Shown: positions 12,721 through 25,703 of the stretch, piece by piece
How positions within the stretch are numbered: position 1 is the first letter of the stretch
Layout of the letters: every line of letters starts with the position of its first letter
From: Azolla caroliniana
Lineage: Eukaryota; Plantae; Polypodiophyta
Reading direction: 5' to 3'
DNA length: 64,000 nt
Assembly: GCA_043228905.1 (NCBI GenBank)
Contig: JBHGNT010000003.1
Span: 10,044,001-10,108,000 of the forward strand
The notes under the pieces: generated by a model
Seen by the model: only the letters and a program-made list of their open reading frames with translations
Told to the model about the DNA's origin: nothing
Databases searched by the model: none
Program-made: the position numbers and the translations under genes

Positions 12721-14892
12721 GCATGCGAGTGGAAACAATTAGCTATGTCCTTGACATAGCTAATTAGCTATGCAAAAAGCTACCATTGATAAATAGTCAT
12801 TTTAGTAAAAAGCCATCATTAACAAATTAACTATGCAAAAAACTACCATTGAAAATACTAGAGTGTTTTAATTACATATGTAAATGAGTGCCATAAATGT
12901 GCAACATAAATTGATATGTGCACCATAAATTATATATCGAATTCCTAGGTCCATTATGCATGATCTTTTGCCACATCACGTAGGCCATCTCTAGTTGAGT
13001 ATTGTGGGTTAGTTGCTACCACTGTTGCTAAACCCTATCGAGTCCACCTGCCGCCACTCTACACTCAAGGGCCACTACTGTGCGTTCCAAGCATCATCGG
13101 TAACTGTTCAATCTGACGGGGTTCTCTTCTCTGTGCCACTCTACACTCAGGGGCCACTACTGTGCGTTCCAAGCATCATCGGTAACCGTTCAATCTGACG
13201 GGGTTCTCTTCTCTGTGCTACTCTACACTCAAGGGCCGCTACTGTGCGTTCCAAACAGCATCGGTAACTATTCAATCTGACGGGGTTCTCTTCTCTGTGC
13301 CACTCTACACTCAGGGGTCGCTACTATGAAGGTCGTGTATTGCTGCCACTTTTCGACCCGATGGCGTTAACAACTCCATTGCCGCCATTCTACTCTCAGG
13401 TGCCTTCTCTGTGCATTTCAAGCATCATCGGTAACTGTTCAATCTGACGGGGTTCTCTCCTCCATTGCCATCATTCTACACTCAGTTGCCGCTATTGTCC
13501 AGTCCTGGATTGCTTCCACATTTCAATTTGACGGAGTTCACTCATCCAACGACAACATTCTACACTCAGTTGTCGCCATTGGTCGGTCCTAGATCGCCTC
13601 CTCAACTGTTCGATCCAACAGAGTGAACTCCTCTACTGTTCGGTCTTGGATTGCAATAACTTTTCTGTCTATTGATTATCTTATGTATTGTTGTGTCTAA
13701 TCTTATGCAATAACTTTTCTGTCTATAGGTGAAAGCATGAGAGTGGAAACAATTAGCTATGTCCTTGACATAGCTAATTAACTATGCTAAAAGCTACCAT
13801 TGATAAATAGTCATTTTAGTAAAAAGTCATCATTAATAAATTAACTATGCAAAAAACTACCATTGAAACTACTAGAGTGTTTTAATTACATATGTAAATG
13901 AGTGCCATAAATGTGCAACATAAATTGATATGTGCACCATAAATGTGTACCATAAATTATATATCGAATTCCTAGGTCCATTATGCATGATCCTTTGCCA
14001 CATCACGTAGATCATCTCTAGTTGAGTATTGTGGGTTAGTTGCTACCACTGTTGCTAAACCCTATCGAGTCCACCTGCAACCACTCTACACTCAGGGGCC
14101 GCTACTATGCGTTCCAAGCATCATCAAAGAGCTGCTCAATCTGACGGGGTTCTCTTCTCTGTGACACTCTACACTCAGGGGCCGCTACTGTGCATTCCAA
14201 GCATCATCAAAGAGCTATTCAATCTGACGGGGTTCTCTTCTCTAGGCCACTCTACACTCAGGGGTCGCTACTGTGCGTTCCAAGAATCATCAAAGAGCTG
14301 TTCAATCTGACGGGGTTCTCTTCTCTGTGCCACTCTACAATCAGGGGTCACTACTATGCGTTCCAAGAATCATCAAAGAGTTGTTCAATCTGACAGGGTT
14401 CTCTTCTTTGTGCCACTCCACACTCAGGGGCCGCTACTGTGCGTTCCAAGCATCATCGGTAACTGTTCAATCTGATGGGGTTCTCTTCTCTGTGCCACTC
14501 TACACTCAGGGGCCGCTATTGTGCGTTCCAAGCATCATCAAAGAGTTGTTCAATCTGACGGGGTTCACTTCTCTGTGCCACTCTACTCTCAGGTGCCTTC
14601 TCTGTGCGTTCCAAGCATCATCGGTAACTGTTCAATCTGACGGGATTCTCTCCTCCATTGTCATCATTCTACACTCAGTTGCCACTACTGTCCAGTCCTG
14701 GATTGCTTCCACATTTCGATTTGACGAAGTTCACTCATCCAACGGCAACATTCTACACTCAGTTGTCGCCATTGGTCGGTCCTGGATCGCCTCCTCAACT
14801 ATTCGATCCAACGGAGTGAACTCCTCTATTGTTCGGTCTTGGATTGCAATAACTTTTTTGTCTATTGATTATCTTGTGTATTGTTGTGTCTA
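12721..14892 (+). repeat. Two ~1.0-1.15 kb tandem blocks, each containing an 83-bp minisatellite array
   Basis: Blocks start gcatg(c/a)gagtggaaacaattagc at ~12721 and ~13735. Unit ccactctacactcaggggccgctactgtgcgttccaagcatcatc...gttcaatctgacggggttctcttctctgtg occurs ~4 times (13054-13460) and ~7 times (14081-14660). Confidence 0.92.
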
Positions 14893-16876
14893 ATCTTGTG
14901 TATTGTGGAATATTTTTGTGTATTGTTGTTGCCCATAGCCATCTTAAATACTTGTTTTTTTTCTGGAAATTTAGGGTTTTAATATGTCCAGCCAAATGGA
15001 AGGGGAAGAAGGGTGTTTAGAATTACCCCTCAATGATCATAAGGATAGGGATGATGCTATCAGGACACAACAAGCCATACGAAACTATTGGGCAGAAAAA
15101 AAAGGAAACATCGTCAATTGTTGAAGGATACGAAAGCCACACTCAGTAAAGGTAAGGATAGTTTAGCTGAGAATGTAAGTAATGCGACTACCATCATAGA
15201 GAGAAAGGTTGTAGACTATTTCAATGTTCAAACCAAGCACATCAGCAATGAAGAAAATAAGGTAGTACTTTATGGAATATGTAATGATCCATCGATAAAG
15301 GACTTAGTTGATTGTGATCGTCTTAATGCAAACATATCATTTATTTTAGTAAATAATCTTCGTAATAGTTTCGTATCCATGAGCAGGTCAGAAGATGATC
15401 TTGTCTTAAAAAGGTCTAGTCTAATGATGTTACTTAATAGTGATGTTGACGGTATAAACATCAGTGAGCTATCTAAGGTAATTGGTGTTAGTAGAAAAAC
15501 AGTGTACAATACAATGAACCGTATAATTTCCTCGGGTGAAGGAACTAGTCTACTAAAGCTAACTACAAGATGTAAGCCAATGACACCCATAACATTTGAA
15601 ATCAAGGATGTAATCACAATGTTTTGGACTAATGAGAGTAGGGTTTCACCCAATAAAAAGGATTTATGCAGGAAACGTGTTGGAAGAAATCAATACAAGG
15701 AGCATCCCATTCATCTTCTTGATGTACCTAAGGTATTTACATTTATCTCAACATTTGTTTTGACTCTACACGGAAAGTTAATTAGCTCAGTTAGCAGAAA
15801 AGCTAATTAGCTTATCAGTTACATTTACCTCAGTTAGCTACTAGGATAGCTACTACATAGGTAACTGGCTACTCTCAATAGCTACTACCATGATAGCTAA
15901 TTAGCTATTCTGATTAGCTAATTTAGTTACTACCAGATAATTAGCTACCAAAATAGCTAACTAGCTATTCTCACGATACACATGTTGTTGCATTTACCAT
16001 GTACAGATGGGTTTTCTAAAGGACTCTGTTAATCTACTACGTCACCATAGTGCATCCCTAACTAATACAGTTTGCACATGTGGGTGCCCAATCTGTCGAT
16101 CAAGCCCGCAAGAGGAGTGTAAATCATTTGAGCACGTTATCTCTTCTATGAGTTATTTATTAGATTCAATATTGTGTCCGAGAGAAACTGACGTTATCTT
16201 CCATAGTCATAAATGTGTCATGGGTTTATGTCAAGATTGTGGCCCTACTAGATTTAGGTGGTGTCCAAATGAATTGAGTAGTGAAATATTGATCTCTGTG
16301 GAGTTATTTGAGTCAGTGAACACCAATTTCGAAGGAAAGGTGTGTAAAAGAAAGGATCTAGTTCGGATGATGCTTAAACCAAGGGATTTGGTGTCTCTGT
16401 TTGTAGTATCTCTAGGAAAGTTCATTAAACACAACTTCATTTATTCATGGCAGGCCCATCAGTTTAAGACTTGCATATCTGATTTCCCAAATGATGTAGT
16501 AGTCTCAGTTGTAGATTTCGCAGAGAATTATACTTTCAAGCTGCAGAATGAAATTCAATCTATGCATTGGTGTTCAGTTTAGGTAACCATTTTTGTGAAC
16601 ATAACATATTTTCGAGTTTCAGGTGATGTTAAAAAAGTAATTCATTTCTTTATTTCCAATGATAAGAAGCATGATACCTTGTTCGTCCCACACTGTTTTA
16701 AGTTACATTGGCAGTGGTTATTAGCTCAACGTTTGGAGCTTACTCAACATTGGGTCTGGTCTGACGGAGTTGCGTCACAATTCAAGGCTCGACGTCCATT
16801 TTATTTTGTGGGGAGGTATCCTGCTATAACAGGTTTGGAGATGAGATGGAATTTTTTTAGGTCTGGCCATGGTAAA

Positions 16877-19800
16877 TGTTACAGGCATGACCATATAATA
16901 TCCCGTGGTAAGAATTTACCGTAGTATTCTATACACGTGGATAAGTGTGAGGGTTAAACGAAAGAGAAAGAAGGGTGCCGATCCACCCGACCACCCCCGA
17001 GCGAAGGGATCGAGACGGACTCGAGCCTCGATCGGCGTCCCATACCACCGTCGTGGCGTCGAGTCGTACCTGGTGCTGGCGCGCTCGCTACAAGTGTTGA
17101 CCCACCACACGAGCAGAGTCTCGATGCAGTCAAAAGACGATCTAGTTTTCAACAAGAAATGAATGACATTTTCCGAGAACAACTTGGAAAATTTGTCGTT
17201 ATTTTCTTGGATGATATTTTAGTTTATAGCCGTACATTACAAGAACATGCTAGACATGTCTGCTTTGTTTTACAAACATTGCGTGACAAACAGTTTTATG
17301 CGAAGATCTCAAAATGTGAGTTCTTCAAGAAATCAATTACTTATCTAGGACATCTCATAACCGAACGAGGAGTTGAAATTGATCCTTCTCGCATTGAGAA
17401 AATCAAGCTTTGGCCCACTCTTCAGAATATTCGAGAAGTTCGATCATTCCTTGGTTTTGTGGGGTTTTTGCGAAAGTCTCTTTGTAATTACTCCCAATTG
17501 ACGACGCCATTTACTGATCTTTTAAAAGGTCAAACGCGTAAGTCTACAACACCTATTGTGTGGAATGCTACACTAGACCTTGCCTTTAGGGAACTCAAGG
17601 ACCTGGTTTGCAAGGCTCCTTCACTTCTTTTACCTGATCCTTCAAAACCTTTTGAGGTTGAAACCGATGCAAGCGATTATGCTATAGGTGTTGTCTTGTA
17701 TCAAGATGGTAAACCAATAGCATTTGAGAGTAAGAAACTTGATTCTGCTCAATGTCGGTATACTGTTCAAGAAAAGGAATTATTTGCAGTTATACATGCG
17801 CTCAAAACATGGCGCCATTATCTTTATGGAAATCACTTTGTGGTAACTACGGACCACGAGTCCTTGAAATATTTTTGTGACCAACAAGACCTGAAAGGTC
17901 GTAAGGCACGATGGGCTGATCTCATCCAGGACTTTGATTTTTCCATACAATATTGTAAAGGTTCCATGAACACTGTCGCTGATGCACTAAGTCGCATCCG
18001 TGAAGTTAACATGCTTAGCTTCACTGAAATATCATCAGATCTTTATGATCACCTTCGAGGAAAGTATCCTGATGACAGTTATTTCGCAAAATACTGGGCA
18101 AGAGTTGAGTCTGGAACAGACACCACCACATCCTCGAAGGAATACTTCCACATTGCTAACGGTTTGCTCTACCGTAATGGGAAGGTTTGTGTTCTAGATT
18201 TACCCGAGGTCAAAAAGAGGATTCTTTTTTAATGCCATGATGCACCCTCCGCAGGGCACCCTGGAATACATCGTACACTCGTTCTTATCTCCACTCAATT
18301 TTATTGGCCTAAGATGCGTCCTGACATACATAGCTATGTGACTAAATGTCACCAGTGTCAGGTTAACAAAGCCGAGCGACTTAAAGCCGCAGGACTTTTA
18401 CATCCCTTGGACATTCCCAATAATAAGTGGGAAAGTATATCCATGGATTTTATTGTTAGCCTTCCTCGCACCCAAAAAGGTCATGATGCCATCTGGGTTG
18501 TCGTTGATCGACTAACTAAAATGGCCAGATTTATTGCTACTAAAACCACGGTAACAGCTCCTGAATTGGCTTACCAATTCGTTGACGAATTGTTTCGTTT
18601 TTATGGGTTACCGATGGATATCGTGAGTGATCGAGATCCAAAGTTTACTAGTGACTTCTGGACACAAGTCTTTAAGAAGTTAGAAACTACGTTGAGCATG
18701 AGCTCCACGGATCATCCTCAATCCGATGGACAGACAGAACGAGTAAATCAAATTATTGAGGACATGCTTCGAGCATACGTTGGTGCAAAACCAACAAAAT
18801 GGGAACGTTATCTCCCAATTTTGGAGTTTGCTTATAACAGCTCCAAGCATACGTCGACGGGATATAGTCCTTTTATGTTGATGTATGGTTTTCAGCCACG
18901 AGCCCCGATTGATGTTACTATACATCATGATGAGTTGCGAAGTACGCAAAACTTTCTTCGGGATATGCAAGATATGTTGCATATTGCACGAGATAATATA
19001 AAAACAGCTCAAGATAGAGCGCGTTTTTATGCCGATCATCATAGGCAACCTCGTGTATTCAACCCTGGACAGAAGGTATTTTTACGTGTACCTCACAATT
19101 CTAAGACATTGTCTACGGGTAAGTGCGCTAAGTTAGCCCCACGGTTTTGTGGACCTTTTACAGTCCTCAAACGAATTGGGTCATCAGCCTATCGTCTCGC
19201 TCTTCCCGATGGTGTCGGAATTCATCCAGTCTTTCATGTGAGTCGTCTAAAAGAACTTCTAGGTTCTGGCGACAATACAGTTACGACTGAAACTTTGGTT
19301 ACTTCTAAAGAATTATCTTCTAAACCACATGTACCAGAAAGAATTCTCGATGTTAAAACAAAAAAATTACGTACTAAAGAAATCCGAGAATTCAAAATAA
19401 AATGGATGGATAAATCAATAAAAGATGCCACATGGGAACGCGAAAATACTCTTAGAACTAACTTCCCTAACTTTCCATTGCAAGAGTGCAATGTTTTAAA
19501 GAGGGGGAGTATGTTACGGGCATGACCATATAATATCCCGTGGTAAGAATTTACCGTAGTATTCTATACACGTGGATAAGTGTGAGGGTTAAATGAGAGT
19601 GTAAAGAAGGGGAGGATTACTTTTAATCCTCGGGATTGAGACAACCCATTAGGTCAAGTGTGAACTTGCCTGGGGGCCTTGGGTTTCGCTATAAATAAGA
19701 GGCCTAGCTACCCTCATTTGATCATCTTTTGACTACATCGAGACTCTGCTCGTGTGGTGGGTCAACTCTTGTAGCGAGCGCGCCAGCACCAGGTACGACT

Positions 19801-19966
19801 CGACGCCACGGCGGTGGTATGGGACGCCGATCGAGGCTCGAGTCCGTCTCGATCCCTTCGCTCGGGGGTGGTCGGGTGGATCGGCACCCTTCTTTCTCTT
19901 TCTCCTTTCTATCTTTCATTTCTTTATCCTTATCTTAAGCTTACTTTAGTACCTAGATCTATAATA
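16877..19966 (+). mobile_element. Ty3/gypsy chromovirus, 5'-rearranged (gag, PR and half of RT deleted)
   Basis: 5-bp TSD GTAAA at 16872-16876 and 19967-19971. 3' LTR 19512-19966 after PPT GAGGGGGAGTA. RT (FLDD), RH (ETDASD), integrase and chromodomain in 17159-19525. Confidence 0.93.
17159..19525 (+). pseudogene. Gypsy pol fragment RT-RH-IN-chromodomain with internal stop at 18230-18232
   Basis: ORFs 17159-18232 and 18314-19525; chromodomain PERILD..FKIKW..ATWE. Confidence 0.92.
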
Positions 19967-22237
19967 GTAAAGGTGAACATGATGGTGCAGGGGCTGTTAT
20001 AAAGTGGGCACTTACCCATGAACAACTAAAGACAGATGGTCTGCACATGAATTGTGCATCACATGTAGTTGAATTTTTAAGAACAAATATGTCAACGAGT
20101 GCAACAGGTGTTTATTCCTCGCAAGTTCGAATGTGAATTTTGGGAAGTGAAGATAGCTGAAGTAAATAGGGAGAAGACCTGGGAGTGCCAAGGAATTCTC
20201 GAATTGCGATCTCTGCATGTTGTTCGCGGTTATTCCAGGTTGGATGGTCATTGTATTGCGGTTAGAGAATTGACTTGTTTTTGCTTCCATTGTGTGCAGG
20301 GAAATTGGAGATATTGTCTAAACAAAGCATACATTCAGAATTGGGAGTATCACACTCTGAATGATAAGGAAGCAGTTGATGGAGAAACATAGCAGAATGC
20401 TGACTTCACATATGAGGGACTTGGAGATACTTTGAGTGATGTCCTGAACGTTGGGGATAACTTCACTGTAAATGTTGAAGAAGGCAATTCAGAGGGTGCT
20501 GATTTCTATATATTGAAGTGCACGGTTAGTAAACAGTGTGCAAGGTTGAATATTGTAGATGCATGATGTTTGCATGTGATAAACTTAGACTCTTCCAACA
20601 CTATATAAGGAAGAGAGAAAGATGTATAGTGGTTGTTGATTATTTTTACAAGGGTTGATTAATATAATATATTCGTGGGATTCACGAATTTGCTAACTTT
20701 TTTTTTTTCTTAATCTATGTACTCACTAATATACTATACTCGTGGGATTCACGAGTTTTTCATATCTTTCTTTCTTACAACATATTTTATATTCTTCATT
20801 GCCTTAGAATTTTCTTTTCTCCTAGTCCAAAACCTCAGTGGTTCCCACCTAACTCACGCAAACGATCCGGCGTCGAAAGGCACGACAACGTGAAAAATAA
20901 AGTTGTGCAAAGGTCGCCCAACCGAAATATATTTTTATAAGGGTCGCCCAACCAACTCAATAAAAGATGCAGGTCACCCAACCATTTATTTTTAAAACGA
21001 TTAGGTGACCAGTTTAAGCAGGTTGCCCAACTGCTTTAGGGTTTATATTGAGTTGGTCACCCAACCAACTGAATAAAAGATGCAGGTCGCCCAACCGTTT
21101 ATTTTTAAAGCGGTTGGGTGACCAGTTTAAGCAAGTTGCCCAACTGCTTTAGAGTTTATATTGAGTTGGTCACCCAACCAACTCAATAAAAGATGCAGGT
21201 CACCCAACCGATGACTATAAAAGCCTGAAACCTGTCATTATCTCTCATTTTTTCAAACGAGATTGACATGTTTCTTTTGCCGAGAAAGAGTTGGGCGCCA
21301 GGTGGCCTGCAATCACTTTTTTTGTTTTTTTTTACATGTGGTAGGAATAGTTGAGGGATTACAATGATAAGTAGGTTGAGTTGGTCACCCAACCAACTCA
21401 ATAACAGATGCAACTCAATAAAAGTTTATTCAATCATCTCTCTTTTTCATGTTTGTTTTTACAATAATCTCTCTCTTCTTAGCAGAAATATCTCTCTTTT
21501 TTTCATGTACTTCCGCAGCAAATTTTGCAATGTTCATAAATCTCTAATGTATTTCTTTATAAATCTCTAATTTGTTTTTGTTTATGTATTACTTTGTACA
21601 CAATCTCAAGCATTCTGTATTAGAATATTGAGAGGATTCCAAGAAAAATAGGGATATTAACAATCTCTCCGTTCTTCACATTATTTATGTAATAATATTT
21701 CTCGTCTTTCCATAATAATCTTTCTTTTCCATGTATGCGTTTTATGCACAATTCAATGGTTTTTCATCATGTCGAGCTACAATATCCATCATCCCTAATG
21801 TGGGCTATGATGATGATTTTTGCTTGTTTTTTGGGATTCAGTTTGCATTGCTAGAAACTTAGGTTATAGTTGAAATTATAGAAAAATACTAGCCATTTTT
21901 GGGGGGATTTTGGGTTTCATTCGACATTGTTACAACTTAGACAAATGTTGAAATTCGAATTAATGTAAAACTATTCATCTTTAGGGACTAGGGCCTCATC
22001 CTACATAAACTTAATCATGTAAAAAGTACTCATTTTATAGGACATTGGGATTTGAGTCTCATTTCTGCTTAATCTAATTATTGCAACATGATAAGTAGGA
22101 TATAACATATGGGGAGATTTGGAAGTGAGGGATTAGGGTTTCGGGTTTAGGGTTTAATGATTTGCTTACTTAAACTTAATATTGTGTGTGTTTGAGTATT
22201 AAATTCAAAAAATGTTTGATTACTTGAATGGTGGTAG

Positions 22238-24583
22238 ATGGCTTCCAAGTCCAAGTACAAAGATTGGTGGGATTTCGATAACAATCACATATATCCAACT
22301 CAAGAGAGGTATGTTACGAACCAATCTCCCCTAATACTGGTTTAGGGTTTGATGCATGTATGTTGACTCGTGATTTGTTAAAGGGTCTTCGTTAGAAGAC
22401 ATTGGCGAAGTTCGTCAGTCGACATGTGTACGAGTGGGGACAGAATGGATCATACACATGCGCCTCAGATCGAGCCCATACATGCCATGGCAACATTCGA
22501 CCAAGATGCTCCTCCAAATGGTATGTGGATTTGGTGTCGTTGCAATATGTTAATCTTTATGCCAATCTTTATGTCAATCTTAAATATGTAACACATATAG
22601 AAGGAACAGATGCTCCTCGCCCAGACTCGTTGTATAAGGTTGGAAGAGATGCAAATGGGAACAAGGCCCGTGTGTGTATCTATACTGAGTATTGTCGCCT
22701 CTCGCCAAGGTGTTATCACAAAAATAGTGACATGGAATCACATTTACGGAGGGAACATGGAATAGACATAGTCCTACCACGAGGGATGCGTATAGAGGAG
22801 GAGGAGGGTATTCTAGGGGCATGCTTTAATAGCTATGAGCGTCAAAGATCACTCAAAAGATTCATGGACCCCGAAATCAAGTACAACAGAAATCGGCAAA
22901 CATATATCCGGAAGTTGAAGGTTAGGGTTGTTTCGGGGTACAACTCTATTCCTGCTGAACTCCGTCTTGACATAGAGGCAGAGTTCGTGGTGCGATTTAT
23001 GGACAACGAGATGGCCATATACGACTCCAAAAAGGATGAGTGTTTGGAGATGTTGACGAATACCATGGGAGTTGGTATCCCATTATGGTACATGATATGT
23101 AGTTCTGATAAGGGGTCTAACCATGAGCAAGTAGCTTTAGAAACTTGCTTGAGAGTCATATTTGCATGGATGCCCAATGTGAGGCCAAATGTCATAGTCA
23201 TTGATAAAAGTTGGACATCATAATGCCATAAGTAATGTGGTTGCAACAAACCGATTATCTTGGATAGTTACAAATGGGCAAAGGTCGCAAACACATTGTC
23301 GACTTTTCTTGTGTCACTTCCACGCAAAAAAAACATGGTTGGACAACTTGTTGCCAAAGGTAAGTGCAATTGAGAGAAACCACCTTTATAATCGGATGTG
23401 CCAACTCCTGCAATGCATTACGGAATCCACATTCAATGCCCAATGTGGGGAGTTAAAGGTAGAATATGCAAACAAGCCAGGTGTTTGGCAATATATAGAA
23501 GGAGGATGGTGTGGCTTGACATGTGTGTGGAGGAAACTGTGGCCCAAATTTGGTAGAATGTTCAACTACGGACATGTTGACACTACCATCTTGTGGAGAG
23601 ACATTGGCAGTTTATCAAATATACTGCCTTAAGAGGGAGGATAAACCAATCAATTACCGATTGTGTGCATGTTTTAATCGGGGACAATCAAACTAGCACT
23701 TCCATCGGGGGTACTATTATTGAATGGTACAAACAACGACAAGAAATATGTGAAAGTGGTAGATTTGCACCACGTGCAAATTGTAGGGATCAAACAACAA
23801 GACTTAAAGAGGCCGAAAGGCTACTAGAGAGGTATGAAACTAATGATGCGACAATGCATATTGTGGACGAGCCCCGATATTGATTTAAAATATTGAGCTT
23901 GACAAAACCAAATGTATGGTATAATGTATCACTCCAATGTTCATATCGTGATTGTCAAGACCCTACGAGTAAATGTAAGCATATACTTGGCATCAGGATG
24001 ATTATTGAGAGGCACATGGCACATCTATGTGGGTTGTTGCCTTTTATAGATCATGCAACCCATATGCACAATGACCATTTCACAGAGATAGAAGTGGAGA
24101 CAAAGGTAGAACCAGTCGAGGAGACAACCCGTATAACATCACAAATGGAGGAATGGGAGTCGAAAATAGAAACGGTTGAGGGGGTTATTCAATGTCTTAG
24201 GCAAGGGTTACGATCCCTCGACTGTGCAACAATTTTGGCATGTATGGAGTCCATTGAAGGAATAGGTCAGACATTGGTGTATCACCTAGGTGCACCGAAA
24301 CCAACCAATGAAGAAGACTGTGGATCCATAGGGCGTAAGCAAGCTATTTGTGCAAAAAGGGGAGCATCAATCAACATTTCACAAGATCTTATTGGCAGCT
24401 CCCCAAACACTTCCAAGGCACACACAGGAAAAATGCAAAGAGGCGCAAGTCAAGCTAGGAGGCGGTTGCCAATATGTGCGACAGAGAAGATGCGATGCCT
24501 TGACCTTTAGATCAAGGGACTCAAATGTTGATTGTTGCAAGAATTGTGGTCGCATCTTGCCATCATCTCCGGATGAGCCATAA
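22238..24583 (+). pseudogene. MULE transposase with SWIM zinc finger, decayed
   Basis: NVIVIDK, FLCHFHAKKTW, GHVDTT..ERHWQFIKY, SWIM-like C-x-(Y)-x-DCQDPTSKCKH. Multiple stops and frameshifts. Confidence 0.85.
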
Positions 24584-25703
24584 ACATAGCTTGAGTGGTT
24601 TTGCGGACCGGTGCATTTGGGTTTACAATGTTTCAAGTGGATTTATGTTGATTTATGAGTGCATTTGGGAGTATGTCATATGTTGATTTATGTTTTAAGT
24701 TTCCTGTTTCAAGTATGCCATCCTTTGATTTGGGTTTACAGTATTTAAAGTGGATTTACGTTCTCTGTTTTAAGTTTTATGTTTTTTAACTTTTAACTTT
24801 TATGTTTTAATATGATTATTTGTTTTAACATAAGTATGGTAAAGATCGTCGATTTTGAATAATTTAAGGTTGGATTTTGTGACTGTTTGATATGTTATTG
24901 TAAGTTTTAAGGGTAATGAACAAGCTTATTTGAAGATTTTGGTTGAAATGATACATTTGGTTGGGCGACATGCAACGATTGGGTGACCAATCGGTTGGGC
25001 AACCTACAAATGTCAGGGTTGGGTGACCTAAAACGGTTGGGCGACTTGCAACAGTTAGAGTTGGGCGACCAATTGTGGTCGGGTGACCTCTGACAACTTT
25101 TTTTTTCGCGCGTTCTTCCTTATCGAAATCTAACAGTGCAAATCGCACGCACCTTCCTCTAAGCGACCTGCACCGTCTGTGGCCGCGATTCCCTTGCCAG
25201 CCCTCTTTATGATTTGTGTCATAATAGACACAAGCATCATCAATCCATGTACATATGTTATGTTATGTTATGTTATGTTATGTTATGTAACATGTTATGT
25301 GTGTGTGTGTGATCGATCCATCCATCCATCATCAATCCATTCCTGAGAGGCGGAGTGGATGATCAGGATTCAGGCAGTAGCAGCAAAGAGAAAGAAAGAA
25401 AGAAGATTATCTCTGTCTCTGTAGACTGTGTTGTCTCCAACCTTCCAAATTAGGGGTTCCCCAACGGTCCTCTGTATCTTTCAGATCTGTCGGATCATCC
25501 TTCATCGCCAATAATCACCATCGCAGCAGAGGAGGAGGAGGAGGAGGAGGAGGAGGAGAAGGGCGGCTTCATCTTTTATCTTTCAGACATTTTCGAGCCC
25601 ACCAGAAATCAATAATAATATTACGAATCTGTCCACGAAAGGCATTATCTCTTTTCCATCTTGGAGGACAAGATTCCTTACGGTTTTCTTTCCTCCCGAA
25701 GCC

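Larger units (their letters stand above)
14984..20566 (+). pseudogene. Sola2-like transposase, spliced and interrupted by a gypsy insertion
   Basis: HTH (ISELSKVIGVSRKTVYN), FWTNESRVSPNKKD, Cys clusters, DFAENYTFKLQNEIQSMHW, ISNDKKHD, WSDGVASQFK, WNFFRSGHGK|GEHDGAGAVIK (rejoined across 16877-19966), C-terminal CFCFHC. Confidence 0.78.
12150..20887 (+). mobile_element. Sola2-like DDE transposon inserted into the left TIR of the MULE
   Basis: Interrupts the MULE TIR. Short terminal inverted repeat (CGT)TGTCGT..ACGACA(ACG), flanks GCGT/ACGT. Encodes a DFAENY / SDG / HGKGEHDG transposase. Confidence 0.7.
12024..25234 (+). mobile_element. Mutator-like element (MULE) with long TIRs, carrying a nested 8.7-kb insertion
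   Basis: TIR of ~125 bp at 12024-12149 matches the reverse complement of ~25110-25234 and continues at 20888+. 11-bp TSD CATCATCAATC at 12013-12023 and 25235-25245. Inverted GGTCGCCCAACC subterminal arrays at 20910-21400 and 24955-25090. Confidence 0.88.

Noticed and set aside
13054-14660. 83-bp array as a CRISPR array, tRNA/SINE cluster or coding repeat (ORF 14273-14893)
   Set aside because: No unique spacers, no cas genes and no cloverleaf. The unit length is not a multiple of 3, so the ORFs are by-products of the repeat.
19722-20002. Recurrent short ORFs (MWWVNSCSERAST.., MTTSRLCSCGG..), also at ~4.8, 17, 50 and 56.5 kb
   Set aside because: They recur only because they lie inside copies of the same LTR; there is no evidence of coding function.
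22133-22155. TTTAGGG-like repeats as an interstitial telomere
   Set aside because: Only 2-3 imperfect units; consistent with telo-box motifs in the MULE promoter.
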